In this document: one piece after another, positions 11,726 through 22,056 of the stretch | Layout of the letters: every line of letters starts with the position of its first letter | How positions within the stretch are numbered: position 1 is the first letter of the stretch | From: Pseudarthrobacter sp. | GTDB taxonomy: Bacteria; Actinomycetota; Actinomycetes; Actinomycetales; Micrococcaceae | Direction: 5' to 3' | Assembly (NCBI GenBank): GCA_031178005.1 | Contig: JAPSJV010000011.1 | Coordinates: forward strand, 30,799 to 94,798 | Length of the DNA stretch: 64,000 nucleotides | Program-made: the position numbers and the translations under genes | Notes under the pieces: model-generated | Database searches by the model: none | The model's input: only the letters and a program-made list of their open reading frames with translations | What the model was told of the DNA's origin: nothing

Positions 11726-11770
11726 GCTCGCGGGTTTCGACAGGCTCGGTTTCGACAGGCTCAACCACCG
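11720..11770. repeat. REP-like repeat cluster, family B (GGTTTCGACAGGCTCAACCACC)
   Basis: Tandem GGTTTCGACAGGCTC (11733) and GGTTTCGACAGGCTCAACCACCG (11748), plus inverted partial GGTTGAGC (11720). Confidence 0.8.
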
Positions 11771-11774
11771 ACCG

Positions 11775-13505
11775 CTAGTCGAGGCTGATCGGGCCAATCT
11801 CGTCGAGGAGCTCGCCCGGGCCCGGGTTGCCGGGTGCTGAAGTGCCGCCCAAGTGGTTCACCACACCCCACACGGCGTTCAGGCCCGTGGTCACGGCGCC
11901 TTCGGCCCAGCCCGCGGTGAAGGAAACATCATCGCCGGCCAGGAAGATCCCGCGCTGGGATTCGGGCAGCTTGTCCTGCTTGAAGTGCGTGAAAAGCCGT
12001 TGCTGGTAGCGGTAATGCCCCGGCAGGTTGGCCTTGAAGGCGCCCATGAAGTTTGGATCGGCCTCCCACGAGACCGTGATGGGCTGGCCCACAATGTGGC
12101 TGGCGATATCCACGCCCGGGTAGATCTGTTCCAGCGAGTGCAGCATCAGCTCCACGCGCTCGTCAGCATCCAGGGCAAGCCACTTCAGCGCGTCGTCGTT
12201 CCAGGTGTAGGAGAGGAGGATGACGGCAGGCTTGTCCGGGCCTTCGTCGAGCAGGTACGTTGCACGGTTGAGGCGGTCCGTGAGGGTCATGGACAGGACC
12301 TCGCGGCCGGTGTCGGGATCGATGTCCTTCCAGAACGGCCGGTCCACCATCACGAACGTCTTGGACGACTGCATGTAGTGCGACCGTTCAATGGCCGTCC
12401 ACAGCTCTGCGGGGAACAGCGCTTCCTCGGTGTGGATCCGGGTGGACAGCAGCCAGGACTGGCAGGTGGTCACAACGGCCGGGTAGCTGGCCTCGCGGCC
12501 CCAGCGCTCGGCAACCACAAGGTCGCCGTTGGCGTCACGGTGGATCTTGCCCACCGCGCCGCGGGGTGCTCCCGAGTGCAGTGAGGCGAGGGACGTGCCT
12601 TCCGGCCAGTGGACCATGTCCGACGGCGAATGCTCCCACAGTGCCTCGGGGAGCCGCTGCGCTCCCCCGCTGATCAGCCGGTGCTGGTCGTCTGCGTCGG
12701 TATAGACAACGCGGAGGATTTCGAGGATGGAGTTGGGGAAGTCCGTGTCCCAGCCGCCGGTGCCGAAGCCCACCTGGCCGAAGGCTTCACGGTGCGCGAA
12801 GCCGGCTTCCTTGAAGGACTCGCTGCCGGCGATGAAGCCGTAGAAGGTCTGCTCGTCCATCAGCGGCAGGAGCTCGTTCCACAGCTCCTTGATCCTGGCG
12901 GTGTCGCGGGAACGGATGGCCTGCTGCATTTCCTGGAACTTGGCGCCGTCGTTGACGGCGGCCTTCCAGGCGTCCGCCACTTCGCGGAAGAACGGCGGCA
13001 GCTCATCGGAGGTTTCCGCATAGTGCTTCTGGCCGGCCAGTTCGATCACCGTGCTGGACGTTACCGGCGCCAGCGGATTGGGGAAGTCCTGGGTATCAAG
13101 GCCCAGCAGGTCCACGTAGTGGTAGAACGCCTTGCCGGAGACGGGGAACCGCATCCCGCCGAGGTCCGCAACAACACCCGGGGCGGAAGGGAAGCTCGCG
13201 GTCCGCAGCCGGCCGCCGATCTGATCCGCCTCGTACACAACCGGCCGCAGCCCCAGCTTCATCAGTTCGTAGGCCGTGACCAGCCCGGAAAGCCCGGCAC
13301 CAACCACCGCAACTTCGGTACCGTACAGGGCGGGCGGGACGCTGCCCAGGCCGTCCGGGTGCGCCAGGTAGTGGTCATAGCTGAACGGAAAATCCGGGTT
13401 CAGCATGGTGATGGGCGCAGCTTCAGCATCGGTGGTCGGCGCGGGTCCCGGAACTGTTAACGTGCTGGACGGATCGGGAGCCGGCAGTTCAGTGGCGGTG
13501 GTCAT
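11775..13505 (-). CDS. Flavin amino-acid 2-monooxygenase (lysine 2-monooxygenase DavB / tryptophan 2-monooxygenase-like)
   Basis: PDFPFSYDHYLAHPDGLG, VVGAGLSGL, GGRL, DLGGMRFP, FGQVGFGTGGWDTDF, AGWAEGAV. Confidence 0.88.
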   Translation of the reverse strand: MTTATELPAPDPSSTLTVPGPAPTTDAEAAPITMLNPDFPFSYDHYLAHPDGLGSVPPALYGTEVAVVGAGLSGLVTAYELMKLGLRPVVYEADQIGGRLRTASFPSAPGVVADLGGMRFPVSGKAFYHYVDLLGLDTQDFPNPLAPVTSSTVIELAGQKHYAETSDELPPFFREVADAWKAAVNDGAKFQEMQQAIRSRDTARIKELWNELLPLMDEQTFYGFIAGSESFKEAGFAHREAFGQVGFGTGGWDTDFPNSILEILRVVYTDADDQHRLISGGAQRLPEALWEHSPSDMVHWPEGTSLASLHSGAPRGAVGKIHRDANGDLVVAERWGREASYPAVVTTCQSWLLSTRIHTEEALFPAELWTAIERSHYMQSSKTFVMVDRPFWKDIDPDTGREVLSMTLTDRLNRATYLLDEGPDKPAVILLSYTWNDDALKWLALDADERVELMLHSLEQIYPGVDIASHIVGQPITVSWEADPNFMGAFKANLPGHYRYQQRLFTHFKQDKLPESQRGIFLAGDDVSFTAGWAEGAVTTGLNAVWGVVNHLGGTSAPGNPGPGELLDEIGPISLD

Positions 13506-13510
13506 GATGT

Positions 13511-15040
13511 TTATGCCTTTACGGAGTCGGCGGTGGACGGTGTTGAAACTGCTTGGCTGCTGAGCTCACGGTATTCGGTGGAGGTCAGCGCCGCTACTCG
13601 CGAGTTCCGGCGGCCGTAGCTGAAGTAGGCTGCTGCACCCACCAACATCCAAAGACCGAAGACGGCCCAGGTCTCGGCACCGAGGTTGAGCATCAGGTAG
13701 CCGCACATGATGGCACCGAGGATCGGAGTCAGCGGGAAGAACGGCACGCGGAAGGTACGCTCCAGCTCCGGGCGGCTGCGCCGCAGGTAGATGACTGCCA
13801 CGTTGACCAGGCCGAAGGCGAACAGGGTGCCGATGCTGGTGGCGTCGGCAAGGGAGCCCAGCGGAACCAGGCCGGCGGTCAGTGCGACGGCGGTGCCCAC
13901 CAGGAGCGTGCCGGCAACGGGGGTGCCGGTACGGCGGGAGACGCGGCCGAAGATCTTGGGGATGAGCCCGTCCCGGGACATGGACAGCAGGATCCGGGTT
14001 TGGCCGTAAAGGACTGTCAGCACGATGCTGGCGATGGCCAGGACGGCGCCGACGGCGAAAACGAGGGCAATCCAGGGCTGCCCGGTCGTTTCTTCAAGGA
14101 TCTTGACCAGGGCGGCTTCGGTGCCGTCGAACCAGCCCCAGGGCCGGGCGCCGATGGCGGCTACGGCCACCAGCACGTAGATGGTCGTGACGATCAGCAT
14201 GGACAGCATGATGGCCCGGGGCAGGTCGCGCTTCGGGTTGCGGGCTTCCTCGCCGGCAGTGGAGGCGGCGTCGAAGCCGATGTAGGAGAAGAAAACGCGG
14301 GAGGCTGCAGCGGAGACACCGGCAGCACCCATGGGAAGCAGCGGTTCAAAGTTGCCGGCGTTGAAGGCCGTGAAGGCTACAGCACAGAAGAAGAGCAGGA
14401 TCCCGACCTTGACGACGACGATCGAGGTGTTGATCCAGGCGCTTTCCTTGGCGCCGCGGACCAGCAGGATGGTTGCCAGCAGGACAATCACGACGGCGGG
14501 AAGGTTGAAGATGCCGCCGTCGCCCGGGGGCTGGGACATGGCGTCCGGCAGGACCTGGCCGAACACGGCAAGGCTCTCATTGACGTATTGCCCGGCACCC
14601 ACGGCCACGGCTGCGACGGAGACCGCGTATTCCAGGACCAGGCACCAGCCACAGATCCAGGCCATGCCTTCGCCCATGGTGGCGTACGTGTAGGAGTAGC
14701 TGGAGCCGGAAACCGGGACCATGCCGGCCATTTCGGCGTAGGACACCGCTGAGAGCAAAGCTGCCAGTCCCGCTATGGCGAAGGAGATCCAGATGGCCGG
14801 CCCGGCCAGCGGAACGGATTCGCCCAGGATTACCAGGATCCCGGTACCAAGGGTGGCGCCAACGCTGATCATGGTCAGCTGCAGGACTCCGAAGCTGCGC
14901 ACCAGCTTGGGGCCGCCGTCGTTGTTTTCCGCTTCGCTGACCATCTGGGCAATCGGCTTGCGGCGCAGCAGCTGCGCGCCCAGTCCGGGACGGCCGGCTG
15001 GCCGGGCCGCCGACGGGCCGGAGAGTGTTGGCACAGTCAT
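13511..15040 (-). CDS. APC-family amino acid permease
   Basis: VGATLGTGI, YAEMA, FFSYIGFD, EEARNPKRDLP. Confidence 0.92.
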   Translation of the reverse strand: MTVPTLSGPSAARPAGRPGLGAQLLRRKPIAQMVSEAENNDGGPKLVRSFGVLQLTMISVGATLGTGILVILGESVPLAGPAIWISFAIAGLAALLSAVSYAEMAGMVPVSGSSYSYTYATMGEGMAWICGWCLVLEYAVSVAAVAVGAGQYVNESLAVFGQVLPDAMSQPPGDGGIFNLPAVVIVLLATILLVRGAKESAWINTSIVVVKVGILLFFCAVAFTAFNAGNFEPLLPMGAAGVSAAASRVFFSYIGFDAASTAGEEARNPKRDLPRAIMLSMLIVTTIYVLVAVAAIGARPWGWFDGTEAALVKILEETTGQPWIALVFAVGAVLAIASIVLTVLYGQTRILLSMSRDGLIPKIFGRVSRRTGTPVAGTLLVGTAVALTAGLVPLGSLADATSIGTLFAFGLVNVAVIYLRRSRPELERTFRVPFFPLTPILGAIMCGYLMLNLGAETWAVFGLWMLVGAAAYFSYGRRNSRVAALTSTEYRELSSQAVSTPSTADSVKA

Positions 15041-15141
15041 CGTTGACGTCCGTTCATAAGTAGTTGATCGGTTTCCCCTCATCAACAGTAGGGTGTGAGC
15101 GGGATCTCAATGTTGTGCAAAGTGACCTATAGTGGTCAGTC

Positions 15142-16806
15142 ATGAGACAGAATGCACCAAATCCAAGTGTACTTGGCGGCGGCCCCGCGGCTGCAGCCGA
15201 GCCACATGCCCCAGACCCCGAACGGTTGGATGCCGTGACTCTGGGTCAGTTTCTGGACGCCCTGCCGCGGGACCTGTCGGTGATTTACGACGCCGGCAAC
15301 GGTGCGGTTCCGCTGCGCTGGGTGGAGCCGAGCGAGCTGGAGGACCCCACGCCATACCTGCTGGATGGCGAGTTTGTGCTCACCGCAGGGCTGCCCTTCC
15401 TGGACACCGGCTCCGAGCCGGGTGCGCTGGCGGACATCGCCGACGCCTACGTACGCAGGCTGGTGGGAGCCGGCGTGGCAGCCCTGGGATTTGGCCTTGA
15501 GCCGTATTTCGACGGCGTGCCGGAGCCTCTCGCCGCTGCCTGCCGGAGGCATGGCCTCACCCTGGTGGGAATCCCCAGCAGTGTGCCGTTCGCAGCGCTG
15601 GGCTTGGCCTTCTCCCAGCTGCTGGAGTCCGGGAACGCCCGCGTCTTCCGGCAACTGGCAGACACCAACCGGCACCTGATGCGGGCAGTATTGTCCGCCA
15701 GGCCCGAGCACGAGTTGCTGTCCGCCCTCGCCGCGCGGGTTCCCGTTTGGGCTCTGCTGATCGGCGCAGACGGACGCATCCGCGCCCGGGCGGCTGCCGG
15801 CGTCGAGCTTTCCGCCTTGCAGCCCCTGATTAAGCGGCTACTGGCAGGCACGGGCCCCCGGGTGGAAACCGAATCCTTTGACCTTCCAGGATCCGCGCTG
15901 GTGTATGGCCACCCGCTGCGCAGCACCAAGGACGCCACACTGGGCGGCCTTGTCCTGGGCACGGACAGGCCCCTGACGCCGGCGCAGAACAGCGTGGTCT
16001 CCTCAGTGGTGGGCCTGTTGGAATTGCTGGTGCGCCAACGGACCAGCGGTTCGCTGGCACCCAGCCAACTGGCCACGGCCTTGCTCCTCCATCCGGAGCG
16101 CCTCACGTCCGGAGGCACCAAAGAAATCAACAGTCTCAAAGACTTGCTGGCCCAGAGCGTCTCCGGCACCAGGTCCGGTGCCCTCCGGATCGTGCAGGGC
16201 GTCAGGGCAGCGGAACCGCCCTTGGCCGCAGCGGATGGGCCGGTTCGGGAGCTCCTCCAGTGGCGCCGGCTCTTCGAAACAAAAATGGTGGAACTGACTG
16301 ACTACGGCTTTGCGGCAGTCACGCGCTTCAAGGTTGACGATGCCCTGCTCCAAGAGGTGGAGCGGCTGGGCTGGCGGCTGGTGATTGGCGAACCCACGGA
16401 GCTCGCCGGGTTGCCGGAGGCCTACAAACGCGGGGCGTCGCTGCGGCCCAGGGTGCAGGCCAGCGGGAAGAGCCTCCGGGTGGACGAGGTCACCTGGTCC
16501 GTAACCGGATTGCTGGGCCGGGAAGCAGGCACCATGCTGGCCGGCCGGCTGCTGGAGCCCGTGCTGGAGCAGGAGCCGGAACGCCGGGCGGCCCAGCTCA
16601 CCGTGCTGCAGTCCTGGCTCCGTGAAAACGGGAACTGGGATGCCACTGCCAAGGCCCTGGGCCTGCACCGGAACAGCGTCCGCCGCCAGATCACCGCGTT
16701 GGCTGAACTCCTGGAGCTGGACCTTTCCCAGGCGCAGGTACGCGCCGAGCTTTGGATCGCACTGCAGTACGTTGACGGCCTACAACGGCAGGAGCCGGAG
16801 TCCTAG
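15142..16806 (+). CDS. PucR-family transcriptional regulator
   Basis: RWVEPSELEDPTPYL..GEFVLT; C-terminal HTH ATAKALGLHRNSVRRQI. Confidence 0.9.
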   Translation: MRQNAPNPSVLGGGPAAAAEPHAPDPERLDAVTLGQFLDALPRDLSVIYDAGNGAVPLRWVEPSELEDPTPYLLDGEFVLTAGLPFLDTGSEPGALADIADAYVRRLVGAGVAALGFGLEPYFDGVPEPLAAACRRHGLTLVGIPSSVPFAALGLAFSQLLESGNARVFRQLADTNRHLMRAVLSARPEHELLSALAARVPVWALLIGADGRIRARAAAGVELSALQPLIKRLLAGTGPRVETESFDLPGSALVYGHPLRSTKDATLGGLVLGTDRPLTPAQNSVVSSVVGLLELLVRQRTSGSLAPSQLATALLLHPERLTSGGTKEINSLKDLLAQSVSGTRSGALRIVQGVRAAEPPLAAADGPVRELLQWRRLFETKMVELTDYGFAAVTRFKVDDALLQEVERLGWRLVIGEPTELAGLPEAYKRGASLRPRVQASGKSLRVDEVTWSVTGLLGREAGTMLAGRLLEPVLEQEPERRAAQLTVLQSWLRENGNWDATAKALGLHRNSVRRQITALAELLELDLSQAQVRAELWIALQYVDGLQRQEPES

Positions 16807-17615
16807 AACTCCCAGCTCCGATATAGGTCAGGGCGGCGTTCAGCGAGGTATGGAACAGCGCCACGTGCCCGGGCCGCCGCCTCGACATCCACCTCTGCGA
16901 GCAGGAGCTGTGAATCCTCGCCGGCTGCTGCCAGCAGGTCACCATCCGGTCCGGCAATAACGCTGCCGCCCAGGAAGCGGCAGCCATCCTCCATCCCGGA
17001 ATGGTTGGCATAGGCAATGGTCAACTGGCTCTCCAGCGCCCGGGCCCGTAGCAGGACCTGCGGAACCGACTCAAAGCCATGCGCCAACGCCGTGGGAACC
17101 AGGAGCAGTTCCGCGCCGGCGGCTGCTGCGGCCCGGACGGCTTCCGGGAACTCAACGTCGTAGCAGATCACCATAGACGTCGGGATGCCGTTGAAATCCA
17201 CGACGGCGGGACGCTCCGTACCGGGGACAAACGCTGCGCGCTCATCCTCACCGAAGAGGTGGACCTTGGCGTAGTCGAGCAGCGTCCTGCCATCAGCGTC
17301 CACGAGGGTTGATGTGATGTTCCAGTTGGCAGCATTGGCCGGTCCTCCACCGGGAACAACGCCGGGAAGGCTGTAGACCAATCCGATGTGGTGCCGGCGG
17401 GCGATGCCGGACAGTGCTGCCTTGATGCCCGGAAGCCGGGCCACATCCAGCTGGGCCCGGACCTGCCGGGGAGCATAGCCAACCGGAAAGAGCTCCGGCG
17501 TTACCAGCACGGCGGCACCGGCGGCGGCAGCTTCTGCAGCGGCAGCCTCCACGGCAGCACAGTTGGCTTCAACATCCAGTACGGCAGAGTTTGCCTGCAT
17601 CAGCGCCAGCAGCAC
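16803..17615 (-). CDS. Carbon-nitrogen hydrolase (DavA-like amidase)
   Basis: PELF, YAKVHLF, ICYDVEFPE triad; RALESQ. Confidence 0.9.
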   Translation of the reverse strand: MLLALMQANSAVLDVEANCAAVEAAAAEAAAAGAAVLVTPELFPVGYAPRQVRAQLDVARLPGIKAALSGIARRHHIGLVYSLPGVVPGGGPANAANWNITSTLVDADGRTLLDYAKVHLFGEDERAAFVPGTERPAVVDFNGIPTSMVICYDVEFPEAVRAAAAAGAELLLVPTALAHGFESVPQVLLRARALESQLTIAYANHSGMEDGCRFLGGSVIAGPDGDLLAAAGEDSQLLLAEVDVEAAARARGAVPYLAERRPDLYRSWEF

Positions 17616-17769
17616 CGTTACCACCTCACAACGTTGGGGCGGACGCACCACAGGCGCCCGTTGCAGCCAGCCTAGCCATTCGAGGGCCGGTTTGAGTGGG
17701 TCCTTTTGCACCGGATCCGGCGTGATACGGGTCTATTTACCCGGTTTGGTTGTGAGCGCTCCATCCACC

Positions 17770-17792
17770 ATGCGTTAACTTCTTGACTACAA
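17770..17792. promoter_or_regulatory. Putative ROK operator upstream of the regulator
   Basis: ATGCGTTAACTTCTTGACTACAA resembles the site at 19032. Confidence 0.5.
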
Positions 17793-17819
17793 GGCGTCAG
17801 ATAGGGCACGCTTCTTTTC

Positions 17820-19010
17820 ATGTCGGCCACATCCCGCCCAACGAGGGGCAAGAGCAGGAATCCCGGATCGCAGTCCGCCCTGCGACATCTCAACCAGCAG
17901 CGGATCATCGAAACGCTGATGGCCGGACCGGCTACCCAGGCCGAGCTCTCCCGCCAAACCGGGTTGTCCACGGCGACGGTCTCCAACATCGTCAAGATCA
18001 TGCAGGAATCCGGGCTCGCTTCCACAGAACCGACCACAAGCTCCGGGCGGCGGGCGCTGAACGTCAGGCTCAACAGCAACGGGGCCGTGGCGGTCGGAAT
18101 CGACTTTGGGCGGCGGCACCTGAGGGTGGTCCTGGCATCCATGAGCTACCGCGTCCTGGCCGAGGGCTCCGTCGAACTTCCCCTGGGGCACCAGGCGAAG
18201 GAGGGCATCAGCGCCGCCGTCCAGCTGCTCTCGCGCCTGCTCGCCGAAAGCGGAGTTGAGCGGGACGCATTGGTGGGTGCCGGCGTCGGAATTCCCGGCC
18301 CTATCGACAGGCGCACCAGTACCGTGGCCCAAGGTGCCATCCTGCCGGAGTGGGTGGGAATCAACATCCTTGACCACCTCGAGGAAACCCTTGGCATGCC
18401 TGTGTTCCTGGACAACGACGCCAATCTTGGCGCGCTGTCGGAGGTCACCTGGGGGCAGCACGGTTCCGTCGCGAACCTGCTGTTCATCAAGATCGGATCC
18501 GGCATTGGCTCCGGGCTGATCATCAACGGCGCACCCTACTACGGCACCGTGGGAATCACCGGCGAAATCGGCCATGCCACCATCCACGAACTGGGGCTCA
18601 TCTGCCGCTGCGGGAACCGGGGCTGCCTGGAAACCATCGCCTCAACCACCACCATGATCGAACTGCTGAGCCGCGGCTCCAATGAGCAGCTCACCCCTGC
18701 GGACATCGTTGCCCGCGCCCTGGCACGGGACCCCGCCACACTGCGGGTCATCGACGACGCCGGACTGGCCGTGGGCCGCGCCCTGGGCAATGTGGCGAAC
18801 CTGATCAACCCCGAGGTCATCGTGGTGGGCGGGCCGCTGGCCGAACTGGGCGACCTGCTGCTGGATCCCATCCGGCGTGGCCTGATGCGGCACGCCGTGC
18901 CGGTTGTGGGCGAGTCCACGGCACTGACCGTGTCCTCGCTGGGCGACCGGGCTGAAGCCTTGGGCGCCACCGCTTTGGTGTTCACAAACGCGAAATTCAG
19001 CAGGCCCTGA
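17820..19010 (+). CDS. ROK-family transcriptional repressor
   Basis: N-terminal HTH; DNDANLGAL, GEIGH, CRCGNRGCLE. Confidence 0.93.
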   Translation: MSATSRPTRGKSRNPGSQSALRHLNQQRIIETLMAGPATQAELSRQTGLSTATVSNIVKIMQESGLASTEPTTSSGRRALNVRLNSNGAVAVGIDFGRRHLRVVLASMSYRVLAEGSVELPLGHQAKEGISAAVQLLSRLLAESGVERDALVGAGVGIPGPIDRRTSTVAQGAILPEWVGINILDHLEETLGMPVFLDNDANLGALSEVTWGQHGSVANLLFIKIGSGIGSGLIINGAPYYGTVGITGEIGHATIHELGLICRCGNRGCLETIASTTTMIELLSRGSNEQLTPADIVARALARDPATLRVIDDAGLAVGRALGNVANLINPEVIVVGGPLAELGDLLLDPIRRGLMRHAVPVVGESTALTVSSLGDRAEALGATALVFTNAKFSRP

Positions 19011-19031
19011 CACCAGATCGTTACCTACGCA

Positions 19032-19054
19032 TTGCGTTCAATACTTGACGGCAA
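19032..19054. promoter_or_regulatory. Putative ROK operator upstream of the ABC operon
   Basis: Near-palindrome TTGCGTTCAATACTTGACGGCAA. Confidence 0.55.
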
Positions 19055-19141
19055 CGATTCCGATCCAGTTTACTTTTTCCTCAGGCGGCCTTTGCGATAT
19101 GCGGGGCGACAACGAAGTCATACATTGGAGGCGCAACGGCA

Positions 19142-20698
19142 ATGTCGTCGCAAGTTACCCACGGAGACCCCGTCATCCTGGAGATGCGTTCCATCACCAA
19201 GGAGTTCCCCGGCGTGAAAGCCCTCGCGGACGTGAACCTGCGAGTGAAGGCAGGCGAAGTCCACGCCATCTGCGGCGAGAACGGTGCCGGCAAGTCGACG
19301 CTGATGAAGGTCCTTTCCGGCGTGTATCCCTACGGCACGTACTCCGGGGACATCGTGTACCAGCACGAAGTCCAGCAGTTCCGGGACATCCGAGCCAGTG
19401 AGGCTGCCGGCATCGTGATCATCCACCAGGAACTGGCGCTGATTCCCGAGCTGTCCATCACCGAGAACATCTTCCTGGGCAACGAACCCACCAAGCGAGG
19501 CGTCATTGACTGGGCCGCGGCCCGGCGCAGTGCCCTGGACCTGTTGGCCCGTGTGGGTCTCCGCGATGATCCGGACACGCCCATCAAGGAGATCGGCGTT
19601 GGCAAGCAGCAACTGGTGGAAATTGCCAAAGCCCTGAACAAGTCCGTCAAGATCCTGATTCTGGATGAGCCTACGGCGGCACTGAACGAGTCTGATTCCC
19701 AGCACCTGCTGGACCTGATCCTTGGCTTGAAGGCCAAGGGCATCACTTCGATCATCATTTCCCACAAGCTCAACGAGATCGAGCAGATCGCCGATTCCAT
19801 CACGATAATCCGTGACGGCAAGTCGATCGAGACGCTGGATGTCAAGGCTGACGGGGTGGACGAGGACCGGATTATCAAGGGCATGGTTGGCAGGACCCTG
19901 GAGTCCAGATTCCCGGACCACACCCCCAGCATCGGTGAGGTGTTCTTCGAGGTCAAAGACTGGACCGTGGCACACCCGCAGATTCAGGACCGCCTGGTCT
20001 GCAAAGGATCAAACTTCTTCGTTCGCAGGGGCGAGATCGTCGGATTCGCCGGGCTGATGGGCGCGGGCCGTACTGAGCTGGCCCGTTCCATCTTCGGCCG
20101 CTCCTATGGCCGGTTCGTCTCCGGAAACATCTACCTGCATGGCAAGCAAGTCCAGCTCAAGAACGTCAGGCAGGCCATTGACGCCGGCCTGGGCTACGTG
20201 ACGGAGGACCGCAAGACCCTGGGGCTGAACCTGCTGGATGACATCAAGACCACCACGGTAGCGGCCAACCTCAAGAAGATCACCAAAGGCCTCGTAGTGG
20301 ACCGGAACCAGGAATTCACTGTTGCCGAGAACTACCGCAAATCCCTCCGTACCAAGACCCCTTCCGTAGAAGAAGGCGTGGCCAAGCTTTCCGGCGGCAA
20401 CCAGCAGAAGGTGGTGCTCGCCAAATGGATGTTCACCGACCCCGAGCTGTTGATCCTGGACGAACCCACACGGGGCATCGATGTGGGCGCAAAGTACGAG
20501 ATTTACGGCATCATCCAGAAGCTGGCCAACCAGGGGAAGGGTGTGATCGTCATTTCCTCGGAGCTGCCTGAGCTGCTTGGACTTTCCGACCGCATTTACA
20601 CCATCTTCGAAGGTGCCATCACCGGTGTCTTGAACAAGGACGAAGCCAATCAGGAAAACCTGATGAAACTCATGACTTCCAACCGCAAAGCCGCCTGA
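19142..20698 (+). CDS. mmsA: Multiple monosaccharide ABC transporter ATP-binding protein (GguA/MmsA-like)
   Basis: GENGAGKST, two ABC domains, [20 protein letters not shown]. Confidence 0.92.
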   Translation: MSSQVTHGDPVILEMRSITKEFPGVKALADVNLRVKAGEVHAICGENGAGKSTLMKVLSGVYPYGTYSGDIVYQHEVQQFRDIRASEAAGIVIIHQELALIPELSITENIFLGNEPTKRGVIDWAAARRSALDLLARVGLRDDPDTPIKEIGVGKQQLVEIAKALNKSVKILILDEPTAALNESDSQHLLDLILGLKAKGITSIIISHKLNEIEQIADSITIIRDGKSIETLDVKADGVDEDRIIKGMVGRTLESRFPDHTPSIGEVFFEVKDWTVAHPQIQDRLVCKGSNFFVRRGEIVGFAGLMGAGRTELARSIFGRSYGRFVSGNIYLHGKQVQLKNVRQAIDAGLGYVTEDRKTLGLNLLDDIKTTTVAANLKKITKGLVVDRNQEFTVAENYRKSLRTKTPSVEEGVAKLSGGNQQKVVLAKWMFTDPELLILDEPTRGIDVGAKYEIYGIIQKLANQGKGVIVISSELPELLGLSDRIYTIFEGAITGVLNKDEANQENLMKLMTSNRKAA

Positions 20699-20735
20699 GC
20701 CTGGCCAACGCCAGCACGGACATAAGGACTAAACA

Positions 20736-22010
20736 ATGAACGCGCTCAAGAAGCTGTTTGGCGGCGATACCCGTCAGTTCGGCATGATTTTTGCCTTGGT
20801 GGCACTGATTCTGTTCTTCCAATGGATGACGGACGGCCGGACGCTCACCCCGGGCAACGTCATCAACCTTTTCAATGGCAACTCCTACATTCTGATCCTG
20901 GCGATTGGCATGGTGCTGGTGATCATCGCCGGGCACATTGATCTTTCCGTCGGTTCAGTGGCCGCGTTCGTTGGTGTGACCGTTGCCCTGGCCATCCGGG
21001 ATTGGGGCATCCCCTGGTACCTGGGCATTCTGCTGGGCCTTGGCCTGGGCGTCCTGATCGGAGCGTGGCAAGGGTTCTGGACGGCTTATGTCGGCATACC
21101 GGCCTTCATCGTCACCCTTGCGGGCATGCTCTTATTCCGAGGGTTCAACCAGTTTGTCGGCAAGTCCAACACCATCCCCGTTCCGTCCGATTTTCAGTAC
21201 ATCGGCTCGGGATACCTTCCTGAGATTGGCCCCGATACCGGGTACAACAACCTGACTCTGCTGATCGGATTGGTTGCCGTGGCATTTGTGGTCTGGGGTG
21301 AGATCCGGTCCCGCAACACGGCAAAGGCCCTGGGCGCCGAGGTTCCCGAAGCTTGGGTCACTATCACAAAGCTCGTCCTGATCTCCGCGGCCATTCTCTA
21401 TGCCACGTACCTGTTCGCCACCGGCCGGCCCGGCACTTCGTTCCCTGTCCCCGGTATGATCCTGGCCGTACTGGTCCTGATTTACGGGTTTATCTCGTCC
21501 AAGACCGTTGTTGGCCGTCATGTCTACGCAGTAGGTGGCAACCGGCACGCGGCGGAACTGTCCGGTGTCCAGTCCAAGAAGGTCAACTTTCTGGTCATGA
21601 TGAACATGTCCGTACTTGCCGGCCTTGCCGGCATGATCTTCGTGGCACGATCCACGGCTTCCGGCCCGTTCGACGGCGTGGGCTGGGAACTTGACGCCAT
21701 CGCCGCCGTCTTCATCGGCGGTGCGGCTGTCACCGGTGGCGTGGGAACCGTCATCGGATCGATTGTTGGCGGCCTGGTGATGGCTGTCCTGAACAACGGC
21801 CTCCAGTTGCTCGGCATCGGCGCTGACCTCACCCAGATCATCAAAGGCCTGGTACTCCTGATCGCCGTCGCCTTCGACGTCTACAACAAGTCACAGGGCA
21901 AGAAATCGATCATCGGCCTGATGATGCGTAGCTTCCAGCGCGGCTCGGGCAGCCCCCTTCAACCGGATGAAACAACCTCAACCAAGGAAACCATCTCCCG
22001 CGAATCCTGA
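20736..22010 (+). CDS. mmsB: Multiple monosaccharide ABC transporter permease (GguB/MmsB-like)
   Basis: HIDLSVGS, GRHVYAVGGN..AAELSG, ELDAIAAVFIGG. Confidence 0.92.
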   Translation: MNALKKLFGGDTRQFGMIFALVALILFFQWMTDGRTLTPGNVINLFNGNSYILILAIGMVLVIIAGHIDLSVGSVAAFVGVTVALAIRDWGIPWYLGILLGLGLGVLIGAWQGFWTAYVGIPAFIVTLAGMLLFRGFNQFVGKSNTIPVPSDFQYIGSGYLPEIGPDTGYNNLTLLIGLVAVAFVVWGEIRSRNTAKALGAEVPEAWVTITKLVLISAAILYATYLFATGRPGTSFPVPGMILAVLVLIYGFISSKTVVGRHVYAVGGNRHAAELSGVQSKKVNFLVMMNMSVLAGLAGMIFVARSTASGPFDGVGWELDAIAAVFIGGAAVTGGVGTVIGSIVGGLVMAVLNNGLQLLGIGADLTQIIKGLVLLIAVAFDVYNKSQGKKSIIGLMMRSFQRGSGSPLQPDETTSTKETISRES

Positions 22011-22056
22011 AACCACAGGCTTCCGGACGACCCCAAATAGAAAGCGAACCGAGGAA

